From NCBI RefSeq assembly GCF_000803625.1, contig NZ_CP007496.1:300001-332000 (forward strand): a DNA stretch of 32,000 nucleotides. Direction: 5' to 3'. Below the pieces are notes generated by a model. The model saw nothing but the letters and a program-made list of their open reading frames with translations, was not told the origin of the DNA and searched no databases. The translations under genes were made by a program, and so were the position numbers. Below are positions 26,350 to 32,000 of the stretch, piece after piece. Every line of letters begins with the position of its first letter. Position 1 is the stretch's first letter. The DNA is from Candidatus Nanosynbacter lyticus. Its GTDB lineage: Bacteria > Patescibacteriota > Saccharimonadia > Saccharimonadales > Saccharimonadaceae.

Positions 26350-27798
26350 ATGGACTATACCCAATTTAAACAAATAATAGATAATTCCCGCGATATTCTC
26401 ATGGGTAAATTACCAAGTCCAATCGCCCAGGTGGATGCAATTTCTTATGCACTTATTTATAAGTTCATGTCGGATACTGATGACGATTCTGCTGCACTTG
26501 GCGGCAAACGTACATATTTTTCTGGTGAATATGAAAAATATAGTTGGCACAATTTGATGAGCCCAACTACTACTGGTGCTGATCGCGTAATTCTTTATCG
26601 CAATGCCCTCGAGAATATGAGCCGCAATCCAAACATTCCTCCACTATTCCGTGAGATTTTTAATGGTGCGACACTTGGATTTACCGACTCAAATACACTT
26701 AACTTATTTCTTCGCGAAATCGATAAGATTAAGCAGAGTTCTGGCGACTCCATCGGTGACGTTTATGAATACCTTCTCTCCACTATGGGATCTCAAGATA
26801 AGCTTGGTCAGTTCCGAACACCTCGCCATATCATTGATATGATGGTTGAGCTTATTGATCCAGACAAATCTGATAAAATTCTAGACCCTGCTTGTGGCAC
26901 CGCAGGTTTCCTTATCTCTGCGTATAGCTGGATTAAGAAGAAGCACATTGAAAAAGAACGTTTGAATAGTGAGGATATTGAGAAAATTCATCGCAACTTC
27001 TACGGTTTTGATATCGAACCAAACATGGCTCGTATCGCTCGTGTAAACTTGTTCCTGCATGGCTTTAAATCCCCTCATATTATTGAGCATGATACGCTCA
27101 GCTCAGAAGATTACTGGGATGACCGTTATGATGTGATTCTTGCGAATCCGCCATTCATGACGCCAAAAGGCGGTATCACCCCGCATAAGAAGTTTGGGAT
27201 TACTTCAAAACGTGCTGAGCTTCTGTTTGTTGATTATATCGCTTCTCATTTGAAGCCGAATGGTCGCGCAGCTGTAATTGTGCCTGATGGTGTTCTGTTC
27301 CGCAGTAGCTCTGCACACAAAGCACTCAGGAAAGAAATTGTCGAAAATAAGAAGCTTCAAGCTGTTATTTCGATGCCTTCGGGCGTATTTAAGCCATATG
27401 CTGGTGTTTCTACGGCGATTTTAGTATTTACTAACTCAAGTAATGAAAGAACCGACAAGGTTTGGTTTTACGACATGAAAATAGATGGATATAGTCTTGA
27501 TGACAAGCGCTCAAAGCTCAAAACAAGTGACGTCCCCGATATTCTTGCAAGGTTTAAAAACCTTGATGGTGAGAAAGATCGTAAACGCAACGAGCAATCA
27601 TTCTTTGTGGATAAAGATGAGATAGTCAAAAACGGCTATGACCTAACGATCAACAAATATAAGGAAGTCGAATACGAGAAAGTTGAATACCCACCAACTT
27701 CTGAAATTATAGCTGAGATTAAGAAATTAGATCGTGAAGCTTCCGAAAGTCTGACCGAACTTGAAAAATTATTAAACGAAACAAATCCGGATTTGTAG
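26350..27798 (+). CDS. hsdM: Type I restriction-modification system N6-adenine methyltransferase (M) subunit
   Basis: 'QFRTPRHIIDMMVELIDPDKSDKILDPACGTAGFLISAY', 'YDVILANPPFMTPKGG'. Confidence 0.97.
   Translation: MDYTQFKQIIDNSRDILMGKLPSPIAQVDAISYALIYKFMSDTDDDSAALGGKRTYFSGEYEKYSWHNLMSPTTTGADRVILYRNALENMSRNPNIPPLFREIFNGATLGFTDSNTLNLFLREIDKIKQSSGDSIGDVYEYLLSTMGSQDKLGQFRTPRHIIDMMVELIDPDKSDKILDPACGTAGFLISAYSWIKKKHIEKERLNSEDIEKIHRNFYGFDIEPNMARIARVNLFLHGFKSPHIIEHDTLSSEDYWDDRYDVILANPPFMTPKGGITPHKKFGITSKRAELLFVDYIASHLKPNGRAAVIVPDGVLFRSSSAHKALRKEIVENKKLQAVISMPSGVFKPYAGVSTAILVFTNSSNERTDKVWFYDMKIDGYSLDDKRSKLKTSDVPDILARFKNLDGEKDRKRNEQSFFVDKDEIVKNGYDLTINKYKEVEYEKVEYPPTSEIIAEIKKLDREASESLTELEKLLNETNPDL
27629..27798 (+). 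repeat. Outer inverted repeat, left arm (hsdM 3' end), 170 bp
   Basis: Identical to the reverse complement of 30974-31143 when aligned base by base. Confidence 0.97.
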
Positions 27799-27805
27799 AT
27801 ATATC

Positions 27806-28825
27806 ATGAAAGTTAAACTTGGAGAGCTAACGAAGATTAGAACCGGCAAATTGGACGCCAATGCGGCTTCTGATGATGGCACGTATCCATTCTTTACATG
27901 TTCGAAAGAGCCGTTGCGAATATCTACATATTCATATGATTGCGAGTGTGTACTAGTTGCGGGAAATGGCGATCTAAATGTCAAATATTACAACGGAAAA
28001 TTTGACGCATATCAACGAACGTACATTGTCGAATCTAACGGCGACGGAAGACTTCATCTTCCATACCTCTATCATTTTATGACGCGGTATATTCAGGAAT
28101 TAAGAAAACTATCGATTGGCGGAGTTATTAAATATATTAAACTAGGCAATCTTACTGATGCGGAAATATCGCTTCCCGATATTAAAGAACAAAAAACCGC
28201 ATGCAAAAAACTTGAGAAAATTAAAAACATTATAGATAAAAAAGAATCGCAACTTTTTTACCTAGATAATCTTATCAAAGCCCGATTTGTCGAGATGTTT
28301 GATGATAACTTTGGCGAAATCGTTGAACTCGGAAATGTCTGTGATGTACGCGACGGTACTCATGATTCACCAAAGTATCACAATGCAGGCTATCCGCTCG
28401 TAACATCAAAAAATATATGCGATGGGAAAATAGATTTTTCGACCTGTAATTTAATCCAGAAAGAAGATTATGTCAAGATTAATAAAAGATCCAAGGTCGA
28501 TGTCGGTGATGTTTTAATGCCTATGATTGGCACTGTTGGCAATCCTATTATTGTAAATACCGACAAGGAATTCGCCATCAAAAATGTAGCACTAATTAAA
28601 TTTAAAGACGATTCCGTAATTCTTAATACGTTCATAAAAACATTGCTTGAGTCAGATTATTTTGGCAGGGCCGTACTCAGTAAAACAAAAGGTGGGACGC
28701 AGAAATTCATTTCACTTGGCGATATTAGAAAATTGGAGTTTAATTTACCGCCAATCGAACTACAACACCGATTTGCCACCTTTGTCGCCCAAATCGACAA
28801 ATCAAAATTTGCCGCTAAGCAATGA
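27806..28825 (+). CDS. hsdS: Type I R-M specificity subunit, expression-site copy (HsdS1), short C-terminus
   Basis: Two-TRD HsdS layout; the second half 'LIKARFVEMF...PPIELQHRFATFVAQIDKSKFAAKQ' stops without the usual terminal helix. Confidence 0.93.
   Translation: MKVKLGELTKIRTGKLDANAASDDGTYPFFTCSKEPLRISTYSYDCECVLVAGNGDLNVKYYNGKFDAYQRTYIVESNGDGRLHLPYLYHFMTRYIQELRKLSIGGVIKYIKLGNLTDAEISLPDIKEQKTACKKLEKIKNIIDKKESQLFYLDNLIKARFVEMFDDNFGEIVELGNVCDVRDGTHDSPKYHNAGYPLVTSKNICDGKIDFSTCNLIQKEDYVKINKRSKVDVGDVLMPMIGTVGNPIIVNTDKEFAIKNVALIKFKDDSVILNTFIKTLLESDYFGRAVLSKTKGGTQKFISLGDIRKLEFNLPPIELQHRFATFVAQIDKSKFAAKQ
28274..28812 (+). repeat. Inner inverted repeat, left arm, 539 bp (whole TRD2 module of HsdS1)
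   Basis: Identical to the reverse complement of 29903-30441 in a line-by-line comparison. Confidence 0.98.
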
Positions 28826-29783
28826 ACTTGCGATGTGCAACTTTTACGTTCGTTTGATTAACTATAGCATAACGCATAGTCGTATCGATCTGAGAATGTC
28901 CGAGTAGCTTCTGAACTTGTTCAATAGGCATCCCTTTATCAATTGCACGTGTTGCCATAGTCCGGCGGAACTTATGCGGATGAACCTTATTTATGCCTAA
29001 TTCGCGCCCTAAGCGTCTCAGGCGGATTTCTACGCCAGATATCTGTAATCTATTGTAAGGCGCATCAAGTGTCACAAAAAGGGCAGGATTTGTGTCAAAG
29101 CGGCTATTTATGTAGCTCATTAGGTGTATTTTAGTTTTTGCGTCGAAATATACGCGTCTTTCTTTATCGCCCTTACCGAAAACAATGCATTCGCGTTCTT
29201 CGAAATCTATATCGTCGATATTAAGTCGCACGAGTTCGCCAATTCTTATTCCAGTAGAATAAAGTAGATCAATTATCGCTAAGTCGCGTAAATTTTTACA
29301 TTTATCTCGCATCTTTTCAATTTCCTCATCGGAAATAACCTCTTTCACGGTTTTCGTAGTTTTAATTTTGTGGATGCGCCGCATTGGGCTTTTGATGATA
29401 TAATCTTCCTCTTCGAGCCATGTAAAGAAGCTTGAGATATTGCGACGGATATTATCAATAGTTGTTTTACTGCAATCATTTAAACCTTGATAGTTAGCCA
29501 AATATTCACGTATATCGTCGGTAGTTACTTTACGTATTGGATCATCTACTTCATCTAGTAGTTTCTCTACAGTAGTCTTGTAATAGGCCAATGTCCGTTC
29601 AGAGCATCCTTCTATCTTTTTAGCATTCAAAAACATCGACAAATAATTGTCGTTTGAAATGCCATTTATAGATCTCGTTTCTTTTGTAAGGCGCGAAACG
29701 AGCACGCGCTGTAATTTTTGTGACTGATTTGCGGTGAGATATTCGTCCATATCCACCAAAATGTATTTAATGGCGTCTTCCAT
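28815..29783 (-). CDS. Tyrosine recombinase/integrase (XerC/D-like)
   Basis: 322 aa. Catalytic signatures: 'YSTGIRIGELVRLNIDDIDF' (R), 'HPHKFRRTMAT' (HxxR), 'LLGHSQIDTTMRYA' (H...Y). N-terminal SAM-like domain present. AAAGGAG Shine-Dalgarno sequence. Confidence 0.95.
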   Translation of the reverse strand: MEDAIKYILVDMDEYLTANQSQKLQRVLVSRLTKETRSINGISNDNYLSMFLNAKKIEGCSERTLAYYKTTVEKLLDEVDDPIRKVTTDDIREYLANYQGLNDCSKTTIDNIRRNISSFFTWLEEEDYIIKSPMRRIHKIKTTKTVKEVISDEEIEKMRDKCKNLRDLAIIDLLYSTGIRIGELVRLNIDDIDFEERECIVFGKGDKERRVYFDAKTKIHLMSYINSRFDTNPALFVTLDAPYNRLQISGVEIRLRRLGRELGINKVHPHKFRRTMATRAIDKGMPIEQVQKLLGHSQIDTTMRYAIVNQTNVKVAHRKFIA

Positions 29784-29785
29784 TA

Positions 29786-29830
29786 ATAACTCCTTTCGTT
29801 AGATTGGCACCTCCACTAACAAAAGGAATA
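29786..29830 (-). promoter_or_regulatory. Hairpin occluding the integrase Shine-Dalgarno sequence
   Basis: RNA: ATTCCTTTTGTTAG-loop-CTAACGAAAGGAGT. About 14 bp including G-U pairs; the 3' arm contains AAAGGAG. Confidence 0.6.
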
Positions 29831-29835
29831 ACTTT

Positions 29836-30966
29836 TTAGCCAAAATACTCCTGCATTAAACTATCAAATAGAAGTTGCGTTTTTTCTAGCGACTTTTGTA
29901 CAGCAAATTTTGATTTGTCGATTTGGGCGACAAAGGTGGCAAATCGGTGTTGTAGTTCGATTGGCGGTAAATTAAACTCCAATTTTCTAATATCGCCAAG
30001 TGAAATGAATTTCTGCGTCCCACCTTTTGTTTTACTGAGTACGGCCCTGCCAAAATAATCTGACTCAAGCAATGTTTTTATGAACGTATTAAGAATTACG
30101 GAATCGTCTTTAAATTTAATTAGTGCTACATTTTTGATGGCGAATTCCTTGTCGGTATTTACAATAATAGGATTGCCAACAGTGCCAATCATAGGCATTA
30201 AAACATCACCGACATCGACCTTGGATCTTTTATTAATCTTGACATAATCTTCTTTCTGGATTAAATTACAGGTCGAAAAATCTATTTTCCCATCGCATAT
30301 ATTTTTTGATGTTACGAGCGGATAGCCTGCATTGTGATACTTTGGTGAATCATGAGTACCGTCGCGTACATCACAGACATTTCCGAGTTCAACGATTTCG
30401 CCAAAGTTATCATCAAACATCTCGACAAATCGGGCTTTGATGAGCTCATCTAATGCTTCGATCTTTTTCTTGTCGTGTGTAATTATCTCGGAGATAACAT
30501 CAAGTGTTCTAACGATTTTGTTTTGCTTTTCTACGGATTCGCATATGCTAATTTTGAAGTCGCTAAATTGCGTTTTATTAATAATCGGAACGACCGGCGC
30601 GTTCGCTATAGCCTTCAGTTGTTTTCGATTGGCATAGATGGCATATGCCAAGTATTTTGGAATAATTGCTTCATTCGGAACGATAGCATTTATCTGTTGA
30701 TTAAACGAGACTTCTTCTTCCGTTATGCCGACTCGTCCTATTTTCCCAATACACGTGACAAGTATACTATTTGCTGGTACTATTCTAGAAACGTTTTTGG
30801 CGCTGGCGGAGATATACTCATTTGCACTAGATATGACACATAATTCGTCTTTTATCACATCCGGTTTAATAAACTTGATGTTTCTATTACTCCAATATTC
30901 GTCGACCTTTTTGCTCGGAGTATTTCCCGTAAATATCGTACCCAATTCTTTCAGTCTTACCTTCAT
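29836..30966 (-). CDS. hsdS: Type I R-M specificity subunit, opposite-strand copy (HsdS2), full-length C-terminus
   Basis: 376 aa. Different first TRD ('FTGNTPSKKVDEYWSNRNIKFIKPDVI...'), identical second half, then 'VQKSLEKTQLLFDSLMQEYFG'. Confidence 0.94.
   Translation of the reverse strand: MKVRLKELGTIFTGNTPSKKVDEYWSNRNIKFIKPDVIKDELCVISSANEYISASAKNVSRIVPANSILVTCIGKIGRVGITEEEVSFNQQINAIVPNEAIIPKYLAYAIYANRKQLKAIANAPVVPIINKTQFSDFKISICESVEKQNKIVRTLDVISEIITHDKKKIEALDELIKARFVEMFDDNFGEIVELGNVCDVRDGTHDSPKYHNAGYPLVTSKNICDGKIDFSTCNLIQKEDYVKINKRSKVDVGDVLMPMIGTVGNPIIVNTDKEFAIKNVALIKFKDDSVILNTFIKTLLESDYFGRAVLSKTKGGTQKFISLGDIRKLEFNLPPIELQHRFATFVAQIDKSKFAVQKSLEKTQLLFDSLMQEYFG
29903..30441 (-). repeat. Inner inverted repeat, right arm, 539 bp
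   Basis: See left arm 28274-28812. Confidence 0.98.
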
Positions 30967-30973
30967 ATCGTAC

Positions 30974-31143
30974 CTACAAATCCGGATTTGTTTCGTTTAA
31001 TAATTTTTCAAGTTCGGTCAGACTTTCGGAAGCTTCACGATCTAATTTCTTAATCTCAGCTATAATTTCAGAAGTTGGTGGGTATTCAACTTTCTCGTAT
31101 TCGACTTCCTTATATTTGTTGATCGTTAGGTCATAGCCGTTTT
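30974..31143 (-). repeat. Outer inverted repeat, right arm, 170 bp (promoterless copy of hsdM 3' end)
   Basis: Encodes the last ~56 residues of HsdM through the TAG stop; the upstream part of the gene is absent. Confidence 0.97.
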
Positions 31144-31431
31144 AAGGCAGTAGAATAGGCGCCAATCTCACCGAATAATTCTAAAAACTTTCGTACATTC
31201 CCCTAAAAGAGGTACTCGGCAGTATAAGCCGGAGTAGATATAGTAAAAAGTTATTTTCAAGTCTTCGTAAGAATCCTTTCGGTTAAAATTATTATTCTTT
31301 GTACTGGTGGGCCACCACTCTGAATTTAATGCACTAAGAAAAGACTTGTATATCGGGTTTCCTAGGACGATTCTCGTATGAGCAAAAGAAGGCTCGCAAT
31401 CTTTCGATCACGAGCCTTAAATATCTTATTG

Positions 31432-31507
31432 TGGAGCCACGATCGGGGCTTGAACCCGAGACCTCATCCTTACCATGGATGCGCTCTACCAACTGAGCTA
31501 TCGCGGC
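31432..31507 (-). tRNA. tRNA-Thr (GGT anticodon), 3'-CCA encoded
   Basis: GCCGCGA/TCGTGGC acceptor; anticodon arm CATCC-ATGGTAA-GGATG; T arm CTCGGGTTCAAGCCCCGA. Confidence 0.95.
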
Positions 31508-31554
31508 GTAACAGGCTTAATTTTAGCACATTAAGCCGTGTTTAATCAACTGAG

Positions 31555-31842
31555 TCATTTTTTACGAGTGGATTTCTTGGTTGGCGTACCGACTTCTTTT
31601 GGTAGTTTCGGCGTGACAAACGCTTCTATTATTCCCCACGCTATGCTATTGACCAAGAAAGTAACGAACAATATTCCTGAAGCTGATGCCGCCAAGTGCG
31701 CCGATGAGGCGTTAAATAATGTCAATAATCCCGCCGCAGTTAGCCCAATTATAGCCAGCATAATATAAGCGTATTGTAATTTCAATCGTTGGTTTTTTTC
31801 GCTATTCCATAATGTAAGAATAGATTTTGTAAATTCAAACAT
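31555..31842 (-). CDS. Small two-TM membrane protein, hypothetical
   Basis: 'MFEFTKSILTLWNSEKNQRLKLQYAYIMLAIIGLTAAGLLTLF...ILFVTFLVNSIAWGIIEAFVTPKLPKEV...KKSTRKK'. The ORF is open to 31899; the start is uncertain (MDMFEF or MFEF). Confidence 0.55.
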   Translation of the reverse strand: MFEFTKSILTLWNSEKNQRLKLQYAYIMLAIIGLTAAGLLTLFNASSAHLAASASGILFVTFLVNSIAWGIIEAFVTPKLPKEVGTPTKKSTRKK

Positions 31843-31902
31843 ATCCATATAATAGCACATATGCTTATAAAAGTCAATATTACTACTTTGCGCTATCAAA
31901 AA

Positions 31903-31921
31903 GTCGCCCCAAAAAGGCGAC
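31903..31921 (-). terminator. Intrinsic terminator after tRNA-Tyr
   Basis: Minus strand: GTCGCC-TTTTTGG-GGCGAC-TTTTTG. Confidence 0.8.
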
Positions 31922-31934
31922 GATGATTCAAATT

Positions 31935-32000
31935 TGGTGCTGGAAGTAGGACTCGAACCTACGAAGCCTTACGGCGGGAGATTTACAGTCTCCTGTGATT
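31935..32000 (-). tRNA. tRNA-Tyr (GTA anticodon), partial, 5' end outside the window
   Basis: Anticodon arm GGAGA-CTGTAAA-TCTCC followed by a long variable arm and GTAGGTTCGAGTCCTAC T arm; encoded CCA. Confidence 0.93.

Noticed and set aside
28815-29783. Integrase as evidence of a prophage or integrative conjugative element
   Set aside because: There are no capsid, terminase, portal, relaxase or replication genes. The recombinase is flanked by inverted hsdS genes and is better explained as a local DNA invertase.
28647-30068. Short ORFs with identical N-termini (MSQIILAGPYSVKQ...) opposite both hsdS copies
   Set aside because: They are antisense duplicates generated by the 539-bp inverted repeat, with no independent support for coding.
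31389-31418. Inverted repeat AAGGCTCG...CGAGCCTT as an attachment site for the R-M island
   Set aside because: Its position just downstream of tRNA-Thr and its hairpin form fit a transcription terminator better. No second copy was seen at the left side of the island.

Overview
This 32-kb window looks like a Candidatus Saccharibacteria (TM7/CPR-type) chromosome segment. That assignment is an inference from gene content and small, densely packed genes; no database search was run. Positions 1-23,150 are mostly housekeeping: a DHH phosphoesterase, recR, a YbaB/EbfC protein, a GT39-like membrane protein, dnaB, dnaX, a DUF2797-like protein, rplL/rplJ with a visible L10 leader and attenuator, rplA with an unusual N-terminal extension, eno, a TsaC/Sua5 protein, rplK, nusG, secE, a PAS histidine kinase, a DUF45-like metallopeptidase, a GT4/GT5-like and GH57-like pair, and bL33. 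Inserted among these are a WhiB-like Fe-S regulator and two sortase-type surface proteins, one built on six identical 57-nt units. Positions 23,150-31,430 form a defence locus: a decayed helicase fragment followed by type I R-M genes hsdR, hsdM and hsdS. The main discovery candidate is a nested inverton at 27,629-31,143. A tyrosine recombinase sits between two convergent hsdS genes. The inner pair of inverted repeats is 539 bp and identical base for base (28,274-28,812 / 29,903-30,441). The outer pair is 170 bp and identical (27,629-27,798 / 30,974-31,143) and duplicates the 3' end of hsdM. Inversion at the outer pair would change which hsdS follows hsdM. Inversion at the inner pair would swap a short HsdS C-terminus for a full-length one and move the recombinase with it. 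tRNA-Trp, tRNA-Thr and a partial tRNA-Tyr are also present.
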